This document shows positions 37,336 through 49,845 of a stretch of DNA of 64,000 bases, piece by piece. The stretch is taken from NCBI RefSeq assembly GCF_036321535.1, contig NC_087437.1, forward strand, positions 49,912,001-49,976,000. Reading direction: 5' to 3'. The stretch is from Camelus dromedarius (lineage: Eukaryota). The notes beneath the pieces are model-generated. The model ran no database searches. It was not told the DNA's origin and was given only the letters and a program-made list of their open reading frames with translations. A program made the translations under genes and the position numbers. The first letter of the stretch is position 1, and each line of letters opens with the position of its first letter.

Positions 37336-38107
37336 TTTAAAATATGTGCACATAATTCATGTAGAAATTTTATTCCTAAAATACAACCCATTAGAAAACT
37401 CACTCAAGTTCTTCATAATTTGAGACATACTATCACTACAAGGATAATATATGATAATAACAAAGATAATGCTATTTACCTATCTCAGTATATAAGGAAA
37501 AAATTAATCAAAATCAACCAATTTTGTGAAGGAAAGTTTCATCTGTAACTCATTGGTCAGCCACAGGACAAAACCTCATTCTTCTTTTCATCTTTCTCAG
37601 CAGGAGAAGATGAATTTCTACTTGACAAAAAGAAGCCAAGTAAAGTTAGAAATTACTTGCCCATTTTCCAAATGTAGCAGAGAACCATCTCTCATTGATG
37701 TTTATAAGTATGACTTTATAAGTATCACTGGATCCAAAGGAAGTTAAGGTGATTTAAGTGTATGTGTTTAATTCCCTTAACAAGAGAAAAATGAAAAAAA
37801 AAGTTTTTTTTGCTCTGCATAATGTCAAAGAACTAGACGTATCTCCCCATAAAATATATTAAATAAAACATTTTATAGATAGGTGTAATAAAAGATTTTT
37901 ACATTTTACTAAGATAAAATTTACATGTTAATGAGATGTTACTAGGGTGGCAACTTTTGGTATCTACTTTTGTTCAAGACAGTTGGCAAAGGAACTATAA
38001 GAAATTTTTATCAAATCTTCCTAAAGCAAGAAGACAGTCTCTTGATACCTTTACCTTTGAGCAAGTTTCTATGAAATTTCCATACTTTAATGGGCATAAA
38101 AACTAAC

Positions 38108-38245
38108 CAGCTTACTAAAAATGCAAATTCCCAGCTGCTACTCACAGAGATCATGATTCAGAAGGTCTTGGGAAGAGCCCAGGAATCTGCATTTAAGCAA
38201 CGCTTATTATTTTGGTCCATGAACTACATTTTGAGAAATATTGTA
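38108..38245. mobile_element. MER5-like hAT MITE
   Basis: 'aaaaatgcaaattcccag...gattcagaaggtcttggg..gagcccaggaatctgcattt...acattttgagaaa'. Confidence 0.8.
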
Positions 38246-38439
38246 AGTTCTTCTAAGACAATCTATTAAGGAAGCAGGGAAAACATTTACTTGCTGGAAC
38301 GTCTCTTTTCTCCAGAACCACGCAGAACTGATATGCTTGAGTTGTGGCATACGCTGTGAGCTGCCTTGTCACGTCTGTTCCATTGCTCTTCTCTCCACCA
38401 CCACTACCATTTTGCAGTTTGAGAGTCATTGAACCCTTA

Positions 38440-38850
38440 CCCCCAATTCCAGATGTAAGCACTGGATGCTAATCAGTTTGAGGCCATTCCCATCACACAC
38501 AAAACTGATTCTCTCAGTGTGAAATCCAGGACTTTTTGTTTTGTTGGGAGAAAGACACTCTACCTCTCTTTCTTTCTGGACATCTTTGAGAAAGAATGCA
38601 ATCCCAGGAGCTGCAGGCAGCCATCTTGCAACCACGTGTGAAATCAGGCTTAAGGCAAAACTGACACTGTGAACAAAAGGCAGAGCAAAGAGACAGAGTT
38701 CTTCGGGGGCATTTCTTAGCTAGAGCAAACCAATCTTGAAGCCTGCTCTACCTCTAGTCTTCCCAGTTACGAAAGTCAATAAATTCTCCCATTGTTTTAA
38801 ATGGTTTAAGTTTTCTGTTATTTGGAACATAAAAAGACCTAATTGATACA
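38440..38850 (+). mobile_element. MLT1-type (ERVL-MaLR) solo LTR
   Basis: 'ggagctgcaggcagccatcttg...ttcccagttacgaaagtcaataaattc...cctaattgataca' has the MLT1 3' signature ending in ACA. Confidence 0.8.
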
Positions 38851-41219
38851 GGCTGCCGTTTTAGATTTTATACACCCATTTTTTTTTTCCCCTTTGCTTT
38901 GATCTCTGTGTCTCCAAGATGCTGTTTTGTTATTCCTTCTCTAGCACTGCTTTCAGCCTCATGTAAGGTCAGAGACAAATGTCTAAGTTCTCTCTCCGCA
39001 TTTACCCCCACTACACAATTGCTACTAATGCCCTTGCTATTCCTCTTCTTCACCTGCCACTTTCTCTTCTCACTAGAACTGAGCCACCAGACATACAAGT
39101 ACTTCTACCTCCTGGCAAAAGAGAGCTACTAAAGACCCTTTGACTGATTTAATGAAGTCCATATCTTTACAAGAAACTGCCTTTCCAAAGGCTTGATGAA
39201 TGCATTAGCTTCTTCTCAGAACCCTCTGTGCACTTTTATTCTGGCTGCTCTAGGATTTTAGGTGCATTTCAAAAGCATTTAGATATTCTTCACCCTTTGG
39301 TTCTTTCATGCAATATCTTTTCATATTTTGTCTCGTCACAGTAGAAAAAAGATGAAGATGCAGAGGAAACCACGGTGGACGTCCAGCAGAAGTCAGACAG
39401 CCCCTTGCCAGGGCCTCAGGGGCAACTGAATAGATGAGCCCACCAAAGAAAGACCCTGGGCTGTCAATCCATCTGTGCAAGAAGTAACAACTGTTCTGTG
39501 CTATGAAGACAGAAAGCAGACAAATCCACTGTTTTTTCCCCCCTTCCCTTAAAGAGATGAGAACATGTGAAATTAAATAGTCAGTAGTAGAAACTGAATC
39601 TAGGAAGTGTGCAAGGCAGAAAGAAAAAAACTTAAATATCAAACGTTTTTTCACAGCTTGGGAAATACAGATGGAAGAACCTTTACTAAAAACCTTCTTC
39701 TAATTACTTCATGGGCCAAAGTGGGATTGAAAGAACTAAGGACTACGGAACATTTTCATTAATCTTTTGTTTGCAAAGGAAAGACCAAAGAAATCAAGTG
39801 TTCATCTAGAGAACTATTATCACCAAACTTATTTGTTTGTCTACTTATTTAGTTGTTGCTGTCTGCTTTATCACTTATATAATGTTAACATTCTTTTAAA
39901 ATGGGCAGATGGACCTCATTCAAGTTCTGACAGTAACTCTTTGTTATTGGTACAAATGGCCTCAGAGGTATTTAATTACCATTAGTAGTCATCCGTTTGC
40001 TCCTGGCTGGTGACATTTGGAATAGTAAGCAGGCAGCATTCTTTGTGTCCAGTGAGTTCATAGAAAGTTAAACCTACTTTTGACAACAGACTCAAGCTTA
40101 GCTACCATTAACCCCTCTTCAGTTACTGGATGATGTGTTTGAACAGTATGAATGATTAATGAAGGCTAAATAGTTCAGTTTCTATCTTAAAACCTTTTTG
40201 TTAACTGCCAGGGAGCTGAGTGACTGGCAAGGTGAGTTCAGCTCAAGCAAGTATTCATGTAAAATCTGTTGCTTATACACTGAAACAATCTCATTAATTT
40301 GTCAACTATTTTTAAGCAATGCTAACAAATTAGAAACTTTCATCATGATGCCTTTTCCCTTTCACAAATCAATACCAGGGACTATGATTTTTGCCATCTT
40401 GGCATCAGAAAGCCAATTTTGCTTGTATGTCTATGTGCATGATTGTTTCCTCTCAAGGAAACCAAGGTAAGATGTTGTCAATTGGTAGAAGTCCATTACA
40501 AAGCTCCTAAAAGTAACCTATGAATTTTCCTGCAGCAAATTCCAAGACTGTTCTTAGGGAAAGGGCAACATATCATCCATTAAGTTGAGAAAAACACTTA
40601 CATATGGCTGCTTGTTAGAAATGGATAGATGTGTAAAGATGCTTGGGGCATTTGCTGGTTGATCTGTAAGAGGCATCCCTATCATTAACTCCTCCAGAGG
40701 CACCTTTTGCAAAAGAGATTATGGAAGAAGGCAGGCAAAGCTGAAAGGTAGAAGAATGAGTGCAGAGGACTGAAAAGGTGAAGATGACAGCTGACTCCAA
40801 GAAAGGGAAGCACACAGGACCAGGAAGCAGGAATTAAGGAGATAAGACAGTCTGGGGATGTAGTTTAAGCACATCTTTATATGCATACCTTTAAGAACAC
40901 CTTTAAACCAGAACTTGAGACCACAGCAAGTGATACCAGTACATCTATCTAATGGCCTTTGCTAAAAACAAATAAACAAAAAATAAACCCTGTTATTTCT
41001 TGTTTGATGTTCTACTGGGTATGTATACCTTTAACAATTTCTAAGTGAAAGCACCTTGGGGTATTTTAAGTTAATTAATTCTATATCACTTATTTTTGTA
41101 ATGTTCTTTGTCCATCATTTTTACCAATTATGTATTGATACAGTCTGGGCATTTCTTCCCACAAAGAAAGTGAAGTCAGATCTATACTGGCATTTTCCAA
41201 AGAGAATTCACAGGTCCAC

Positions 41220-41510
41220 CTCATTCATTTCTTGAGTCAGCAAACATTTTATTGGGCTGGACACTTATTAATTTGCTAGACAATGTGCTAGCCACTTGGG
41301 ACATAGAAATGTTTGGTATCCAGATTTTGCCCATAAGGATCTCACTGTCTCTTTGGAGAGACAGACAAGTAACGGTAATAGCAATACAAAAGGTGCCACA
41401 GGAGGGCAAAGGAGGGTTTTTTTGTTTTTTATTTTTTTTTAAGCCAGCCTGGAATTCAGACTTGGGGTTTAGAGAAGACTTCCCAGAGAAAGCAATATTA
41501 AGCTGGGTCA
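41220..41510 (-). mobile_element. L2 3' fragment
   Basis: 'tcattcatt...cagcaaacatttttattgggc...agagaagacttcccagagaa'. Confidence 0.7.
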
Positions 41511-42999
41511 TACATTGAGACCCACCCCAAGCTGTGTGTCACGATTTCTGGGACTCCCTGGGTTGTGCCCATTTACCTAGAAATTAGTCTTACCTGGAGG
41601 ACTTGTAGGCCTCTGTTCTGTAACTGACATGGGAATGGACCATCAGAGGAAACCAGGACCCACAGTCATGCCCAGGACCCAAAGAAACTCTATTCTGATG
41701 TCAGGTTATCTTTAAATACCAAGTGGGACAGCAGTGGAAACAAGCAGTGGTTGCATGAGTAGGACAAACAAATGCATGGCAGGAAGGAAGGATGGGAGTA
41801 GGGGATGAAGGGAAATTGAGAGGCTGAAGTAAAAGATATCAATTTGGAAGGAGTGAAGGAAAGGAAAAACTACACGGCCCTGATGATGTAAAATACCAAT
41901 CTTGAGCAAAGCTTGTAGATGTTAATAATGCTTGACACAGCTCAGGGCATGCAGACTGTGTCCAGGAACAGCACATTGTAAATGTGTGGTCGGTCAGAAA
42001 GAGGATTCTGCAGAACCAGCAAATCATATAAATTCTGATGAAGGCATGATTAGCCTTCAGTGTGGGAATCTTTGCCCCGAGTGGATTTGCGGCTGACTGG
42101 GGCAGCTCATAAGGTAAGCTGGAGGGAAGGAATTCCCTGGGGTCAATCCTCTTAAACCTGGCCCTATAAAACAGCTAAAAGAGATGTCTAGATACCACCC
42201 AGACCTCATCTTGGTCTCCAGGCAGATTCTCCACAGTTCATTCCGGGCCAAGAAGTCCCACCCTGTTTACAACCACCCAGGGAAGGAGATAGCCAAGCGC
42301 CTGTAGGTAGCTGGTTGCTCTAAGCAGCACTTTCTTGCTTCCTGTGGCATCACTGGGCTGAATGGAGCAAGTCATCATACTTTTGGCTTCTCTCAGGCTG
42401 ATTCAGCTCAAGTGAGCAGCCACAAAGGCTGCTGGTTAGAATGTATCAAGTTTTGGGTGGGATGGGGGTGGGTGAGTAATGGTAGCAAATGGCTCCAGGC
42501 CACTAACTGCTGATGGAAGCAGGAGAGAAAGGAATAAGATGGGTTAAGTCTGTGAAGTGGCAGGGGTGTGTGTGGGCCACCCAGAAAGCAAAAGAAAGGC
42601 ACACCCATCTCAGCACATTGATGACCTCTAATTGGACAATTTTGCTTTTGGCAGAGGCTTTTGTCTCAGTGGCTTCTCCAATTAGAGACTTCAACACTAG
42701 TTCTTAAAACAACAGATGATCTTACCAGAAAGAAGAAAACCCTTTAAAATCAAAGGAGGCTTAAATTTGGATGCAAAAGTTTACTCAATAGTATTAACTT
42801 TAGTTTGGGGCCAAATTATAAAGGAAAAATTCTGGCGGGAACAAGTGAGTGAGTGATGACTAGACCCAGTCAGTGCTCAGCAATCCTTCAAGTGAGGCAG
42901 GGGATGAGCCTCGGGAAAGAAGAGATCCTGGGATGGGTTACAAAAGGAGAGCCTGAGTTGGGAGGACATTCAACTCTGTATCCACAGGGCCCGATCGGT

Positions 43000-43420
43000 G
43001 CCTGGAGGAATGGAGTCAGTCACCCTGCTTTCCACTCCTCCTCTCTCCATCTCGCTAGTTGTATGACTTTCAGAAAATTCTTTGTCCTTTTCTAGGCCTC
43101 AATTTCCACATTTGCAAAATGAGTGAAGGAAGAAAATATCTAACTCCTAAGGTTGTGAGAATTAACTGAAATATCCTGTCAAGCGTTAGGGTAGTAAGTA
43201 CTGTATGAGTGTTCAGGAAGTAAGCTACTGACAGCTCCAAACCTTAGAGCCCTCCTGGGACATCAGGACCGTTACCGCCAACAAACAGACGAGAGAATGG
43301 AAAGTGAGAAGGTCTGGATAAACGACCGAAGGTCACAGAGCTACACAATAGCAGAGCCAGGATTTGTACCCAGGTTTAAATGGCCATGTGGTCTCTATTC
43401 TTTCCCATTAATTCCATACT
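43000..43420. mobile_element. Two MIR fragments (+ at ~43000-43230, - at ~43300-43420)
   Basis: 'ggcctcaatttccacatttgcaaaatg' and 'aaggtcacagagct...gcagagccaggatttgtacccagg'. Confidence 0.75.
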
Positions 43421-44164
43421 GCAATCATGGATTTTTTTTCACCTGGTCCTCTTGCTTTGTTTATATATAACTGTGTTTATGTTTATATGTATTCTTATTT
43501 CTCAGGAATTCTGCTTTGGTTTACAACCTTAAAGATCTATAAAGCAAAGCAGCACTGATGTTTCTCCCTTTTTTCTGTGAGTATGCCAAGAGCACCTCCA
43601 TAGCGGTGCCGGGAGTACCCACCTTACTTGAAAGAGCTGCAATAACCTGGACCAGTCAGGACCCCACAAGACTGGTTTTCAAGGAACCAATTCTAAATAA
43701 TGGTAATTTTATTTCCTCTATGATCTGGGTAATGCACACAGACCACGAAACATACATACAGGAAGGGATGGTAAGACATGTTTCTGACTTGGCCAATTTT
43801 TACTCCTTTCAGCAAGGTTGGACCCCTTCCAAAACGATGCTACCTTCTGTGAGGAGAGCTAAAGGACCACAGAGAATTCATTCATCAGAAGCTACCCAAA
43901 ACAAAGGGCTCCCTCTGCCCTAAGTCCCTTAAGCTTCTCAGAAGAAAGGTGTCATTAGAGGTGAAACCTATAGTAGGTATAAGCCTTTGGCCCAGCACAG
44001 TCACTGCAAACACACTCATCACTCTCCTGTCTGATTGCCCTCTATTTTCTTTGAGATCCTTGTTTCCTCACATGCCCTGGACAATTTCAGGTTGCCTATA
44101 AACTCTCTCAGGCAGCAGTGTTTTGTTTCCTTTCTAATTCAATCTCAGTTTTGTTGAAAGGAAA

Positions 44165-44540
44165 TGGAATTTGTATCTGGGAAGATGTTTTGGGCTGCAA
44201 AATTAAAAGTAGCCTAAGCAAAAAAAGAAAACGTATGGTTCCACATAACAAGGCTGGAGCTAGGGCAGTCTTAAGCTAGTGAATTCAGCAATTCAAATGC
44301 ATGATCACAGACCCAGGTACTTCCCATCTTTTCTCCCTCTTAATGTCAGCAGGGCAATTATATCCCTCCCGATTGCAGGTGATAATAGTATCCCAAGGCC
44401 AAAGAGTGGGCCCAGTTTTGAGAATGAGAAGAATCTTCCCAGAAGCCCCCAGAGCAGACAGGTCCCCACGTTCCGTTGACCAGGAGTGGATCATTGTCAG
44501 TCATAAATCGATCACTGGCAAGAGGTCACTAGACTAGGCA
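44165..44540 (-). mobile_element. MLT1-type LTR fragment
   Basis: 'tttgggctgcaa...cctaagcaaaaaaagaaa..tatggttccacataac...aattcagcaattcaaatg' resembles a reverse-strand MLT1 3' end. Confidence 0.6.
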
Positions 44541-44679
44541 AGATTTATGATGTGGAACTGCTAAGGCCAGGTACCACGGAAACACAGAGCTGCTCAATAC
44601 CTCTGTCTTGTGAACAAAGACGAGTGGCAATGGATGTTGTGTGGGACACCAGTAAGGTCCACCATGATATCTGAAGCCA

Positions 44680-44860
44680 TACAGATCTGGGTTTGAATCC
44701 AGGCTCGCCATTTACAAACAACAGACAATTTCACCTCTTGAAATGTTAGTATCCTCACTTGGAGAACAGGGTTGAAAATATCTACTGTAAGGTGGTTGGT
44801 GAGGATTAAACAGGCCATGTTTGTGACACAGCACAGAGCATAGCACAGAATAGTGACGTA
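44680..44860 (+). mobile_element. MIR SINE
   Basis: 'cagatctgggtttgaatccaggctcgccatttac...ggttggtgaggattaaa'. Confidence 0.75.
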
Positions 44861-45679
44861 ATATCTGTTGGTTTCTCCTATTTCTCTTTTTGCCTCCCTT
44901 TTGGAAAGCTTTCAGCATACACGTTTCCATTAGAACTAGAGGACTTTCTCTTATCTCTTGATATCTGTGTGGTCTGTCACTCATTCTCCTGCCTCTTGGG
45001 ATTTCTAGCTTCACAACACTATTAGTAATGCTTTTAAGAGTGTGATTATTACTGGTTATTAATACTACTATTGGGATAATTGATAAACATATAGTATAAA
45101 GCAATATTTGTTCAAGGTTAATATCTGTTGTCCTATTTGATCCTGATAATGTGGTCAATTGCAGATGCTCCAATTAAAGGTAATGAACCAATTTATTTCC
45201 TTGTAATTTTTTATGTTTAATAAGTAAGAGCTTTCCATGCACTTTGTCCAGTGAATATACCCACACATCAATCTTGATCAATTGCCAGCAAGTGTTTAAT
45301 GAGGCCTTTGTTGGCATCGTTTAAGATGCTCTTCTGCTCTATTTACCATTTGTGGAGAAACTTAAGAAAGGAAAATTTATATATTGTGTCACTAGGTAAG
45401 TTTCTTACTGCCCCGAGAAAGAGACAAGTATCCTGTTTGCGTAACAGAACATGAAAAGGGCTAATGAGGATGTATTGGTTTAATTATTATTAAAAGACAC
45501 ATTTATTTTTAAAAATTGAAGACATCTCTAATATGTATGAGTTGTAACTGCTCTTAGGTAAATGCTACGGAAAATATTTATTGTACATTAGAGCAGAGCT
45601 TATGGTCACTTCTTAACTGTCTTTACTATTTATAAGCAGTTTTTTACTATCCAATGAGAATATGCATTAGTTCTTAATC

Positions 45680-46280
45680 AGTTAAAATCACTTGCTGGGC
45701 ACCTACTACGTGCAACTTTGTGCTATGTAAAGCAGATAACACAAAAGTCAAGGAAGACCAGGTCCTGGTTTGTGAGTGTGACAGTCCAGTTAGAGAGAGA
45801 AAACAAGTACAATCATTTATGAACGCAGGGCGGCAACGTGCAGTAAAAGGAGACCTGCGTGGCTGCCGGCACCGTCACAGATAGCTAGTGACCCTGGACA
45901 AACTATTTATCTTTTACGGGCCTCAGTTTGCCTCCTTTGTAAAATGACCAATTTGAACCAGAAGATACCTAAAGGTAGTCAAATTCTAAAATTCTGTGGT
46001 CCTCAGTGGTCCAAAACTCTCTAAAAAATGGAGTAGGCAGCAAAGGCTTGCCAGGTTGAGCTAGACTTGAGTAGTTTTGAAGGATAGAGATGATGGGCAT
46101 ATGTACAGGGAATCTGGGAGGGGAGAACACATTCAGGGAAGCAGGAATTAGGAGGCACAAGTAATGATTTGGGGGGCATCGGGTCATCCTGGCTGGAGTG
46201 AAGGAATGTATTGGACAATCACCATAGGAAATCTAACTGGACAATAAGTGCAGAGCCAGATGTGAGGCTGAGAGACTTAA
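45680..46280. mobile_element. L2 (-) fragments interrupted by a MIR3-like (+) fragment at ~45880-46000
   Basis: 'tgctgggcacctactacgtgc' (L2) and 'gtgaccctggacaaact...gggcctcagtttgcctcctttgtaaaatg' (MIR). Confidence 0.65.
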
Positions 46281-46549
46281 CCTCAAAGTTGTTGGTACAC
46301 AGAAGGCTCCACCCTCTTATCTCCTTTTTTATATTCATCCATTTTCTCTTCCATCTCTTCTTTCTTTCCTACCTCTTCCTCGTCTACTCCTTTCTTATCT
46401 TAATATTTTTCCTCCTCCTCCCCCATCTTCTTCTCCATGCTTTCTTCCTTCTTTCGTGATGGTGTTTATAGTTTACAAAGCACTTTGTCCCACATGATAT
46501 GTCTCATATTTTTAATCATAAAATAATGCATACCATCCTTAGACTTCTG

Positions 46550-46775
46550 GGGATTTAGACTCTGGAGCTAGAAAACCTGGTTTTGAGTCCCTGGTTATGC
46601 CATTTACCAGCAGTATACAAAGATAAGTCCCTAACTTCCTGTATTTAATGTCCTCTCCTGCAAAATGAGGATAATAATGATACCAACCTCAGAGCTGTTA
46701 TAAGAATTAAATGAATAGCTAAAGCACTTATAATAGTTCAGAGCACCTGGTAGACTCTGTGAGTGTTAACTATGA
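46550..46775 (+). mobile_element. MIR SINE
   Basis: 'agactctggagctagaaaacctgg...ctgcaaaatgaggataataatgatacc'. Confidence 0.8.
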
Positions 46776-47879
46776 TTTGGAAAAGACCTATTAGGTCATT
46801 TTCTGCTCTGCCTCTGTGAGTCATATGGCACATGCTTTCCTAAGTCCTTGTGCCCAACGTCCACTTTGTGACCTACTGACAACTTTTACCTGAGTGAGTT
46901 GCAGCACCATCTGAGTTCATCGTTTAAATGTGTTAACTAAAATTTCAAGAACATTTTAAGTCTTCTGAGTAAGGCCACGGCCTGAAGTTGTAGCCATTTT
47001 AATTAGTTTCACCTTCTCTGCCCCGTGATCCAGAAATCTCTAATTGCACCCTGACAGCCTCCTGCTCCCTGTCACAGATCTGACTTTACCTGCTACTATT
47101 TAAATTTTATGAATCATGCTCCCTCTATTTGAACTCCTGAAACCTCAGAAACTAAATGAATAATTATCAAGATGCAATTGTCACGGTTTCTAAAAAGATG
47201 CTGTAAAAAGATTTTTTTTCTTTTTCTACGAACCTTTTTTCCCCTCGTTGTCTCCAATTTACAGCCATGAGCACGAAGAAAATGTCAGCTATTCCTCCAA
47301 CGAAAAGAGAAGGAAATTCTCAGAATCAAGAAGCCTGACATCCAGCAAGCAAACGCTCCCTTCTTCAAAGGTGGTGGGAGTGTGCCATGGCAACCCCTTC
47401 CGGGCACTCACGTTAAGGCTTGCCTTAGTGCTCCCCCCCATACACTGACTCAGTGGGAGCCCCTGGTATGAATGTCAGCCAGAAAACAGCTAGGGCCAGA
47501 AGTCCCCAGTAACACAGTGAGGCTGCTCCCCAGTGCAGACGCATCATGCTCTTAGCGATGGGCTTTCCCCTCGAATATCCTGGGCACGTTCTGATTACTT
47601 CCACTTGGGCAAATATTCAGGTCTAACTCTACCAGCTGTAGAGCCACTAGATTTAATAGATTTAAATATATTCAGGAAACAGTGCAACAGGAGCAGATCA
47701 GATCTGTAACTTTCTCTTCCATCTCACATGGCCATCGCATTGAATCCCTACTTTCAAATTTCTTTCCTCTCCTAATGCCTACAAGTCCTCTTTTCTTACT
47801 CATCCATCCATTCACTTTTTTCAAAAATATACAGAGGAGCCCTTCTTATGTATTGGGTGTTGGTTCTCATTTCCTTCCT

Positions 47880-49155
47880 CTATAACACTGACTCATCCTC
47901 TTCTTCCTACTCTTTAAATATTGATGTTTCCCAAGGAGGTCTCATCCTTGATGCACTACTCTCCTCAGTCTTAAAGCTCTCCTGTGAATAAGCTCATCCA
48001 TCCTATTAAAGCCTTAATTATCCTCTACATTTTTAAGACATCTTGAAACTGATATTCTAAGTTTTATACCCACATTAACAGCTGCCTGTTAAACATCACC
48101 TCTTCCACATCCCGCAAGTTAATATTTCCAAAAGACAACCTGCTATCTTCTCCACACATCTTCTCTTTTCCTTACCCTGATCTTTTTTTTAAAAAAATTT
48201 ATTTTTCTCTTCTTGTTTTTTTTTTCCCCTGGCGGTGGGTAGTACTTAGGTTTATTTATTTATTTTTTAATGGAGGTACTGGATATCAAACCCCGGACCT
48301 CTTGCATGCTAAGCATTTGCTCTACCACTGAGCATACCCTCCCGTGTTATGACCCTGATCTTGACTGATGCTTTTAAATTCCTCCTGGAAATTCAAGTTA
48401 CAAATCTATGGTCAATCCCTGCCTCTCTCTACTGCCCTGGCCAGCACCAAATCCTACCAATTTCCAGTTATGTCTCTTGAAGACAGCATTGCCTCTGACC
48501 TTCACACCCTGGAGCTTGAACTAACGCAGTCTAACCCACTCTTCTCAGCTCTGGTTCATCCTCCACACAGACACTGTTAAGTTCCTAAAAAATAAGCTCT
48601 TCTCTGCCCAAAACAAGACAAGATAACATGCAAAGGGGAAAAACAAGTTTCTATTCATTGTCTGCCGACTTTAGGATTATCCAAAGTTCTTAGCCTCACA
48701 TATCAAGCCCTTCAGATTCCACCATAACCACCTCTCCAGGCTCATATCCCACCACTTCCTTTACTATATCCACCTTCCACCACAGCCATCATCTCTCCAA
48801 TCCCCAGAAGTATCAGGCACTTTCAGGGCGTTACACATTTGTTCACACATTCTAGCTTCTTCTTCAAACCATTCTTGCCTATTCACCCCTGCTTATTATT
48901 TTATTGCTCAACTTTCTCCAGTTTCCCAGGCAAACATAGTGGAGCCCACATATCTAGTGTTTTTAACTCTTTCATTTTATTATGAATGATCCATTCACAA
49001 ATCCATCTCTCACTCTAAGGTTGGAAACTCCTTGAGAGTTAGGATTATGTCTTGGTCATCTTTGTATCCAAAGTGCTATGCAGAGAGCCTGGATACAGCA
49101 AGTTCCTATTAGATGTTCACTGCATAAATGGATGGATGAATGAATGAATGAATAA
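47880..49155 (+). mobile_element. L2 3' region, interrupted by a young SINE
   Basis: Pyrimidine-rich L2 body ending 'aaactccttgagagttagg...gtatccaaagtgc...' followed by a (TGAA)n tail at ~49135-49152. Confidence 0.8.
48185..48343 (-). mobile_element. tRNA-Ala-derived SINE (camelid-type)
   Basis: Minus strand reads GGGAGGGTATGCTCAGTGGTAGAGCAAATGCTTAGCATGCAAGAGGTCCGGGGTTTGATATCCAGTACCTCCA (A box, AGC anticodon arm, degenerate B box), then an A-rich tail. Flanking direct repeat ACCCTGATCTT at 48174-48184 and 48352-48362. Confidence 0.9.
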
Positions 49156-49294
49156 ATGGGTGGAGAGATCAATGGATGTTTCTATTGCCTCTTTAGTAGG
49201 GATGGGATTAACAATATAAAGCTTTAACCTTATGTGTAAGACTGCATTCTTTCTACTATTGATGAAAAGACATCCAACTCAAAAGTTTAAGTAA

Positions 49295-49845
49295 ATGTTT
49301 GGTTCACATGGTTGAGAAAATTCAGGATGGAGCAGGGCTCAGAGACTATCAGAGACTCAAAAGGGGTCATCAGCTCATTGTCCAAAATGTGTGCATGCTC
49401 ACACTCACTCTTTTTACTCTTCATCTCACCTGTTTTTTTTTTTTTCCTCTTTCTCTTAATTATTGGCCTCATTCTTTCCTTCAGTGATAAACATCCTTGA
49501 AAGGCTGGAGCAGGGAGACTAGACAACCTCAGAATTACATTATCACACCTTAATGGCCCCACGAGAAAAGAGGGAGCTTCTTTTCCTAGAATTTATCTAA
49601 AAAATCCCTGTAAAGGATTCTAATAGATTGTTCAACGTGACCAGCTCAATGGGATCCTCTAATGGGCCAGGCCTGGACCACTTTCTCACCACTTTGGCCT
49701 GGGGACGAGGGGGTAGTGCCCTTTAATTAGTAGGGACACCGAATCATATGCAATGAGGGCAAGACAATTCCTCAGAGAGCAGTAATATTATTTTATAAAG
49801 GGGGAAAGGGTGCCGGGAGGCAAAAGGAGCCAATTTCCACCACAC
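49295..49845 (-). mobile_element. MLT1-type LTR, degenerate
   Basis: 'ttggttcacatggttgagaaaattcagg...gactcaaa...ggccaggcctggaccac'. Confidence 0.55.

Noticed and set aside
48270..48343. Functional tRNA-Ala gene
   Set aside because: The B box/T arm is degenerate and it is followed by a SINE tail and flanked by a TSD, so it is a SINE head.
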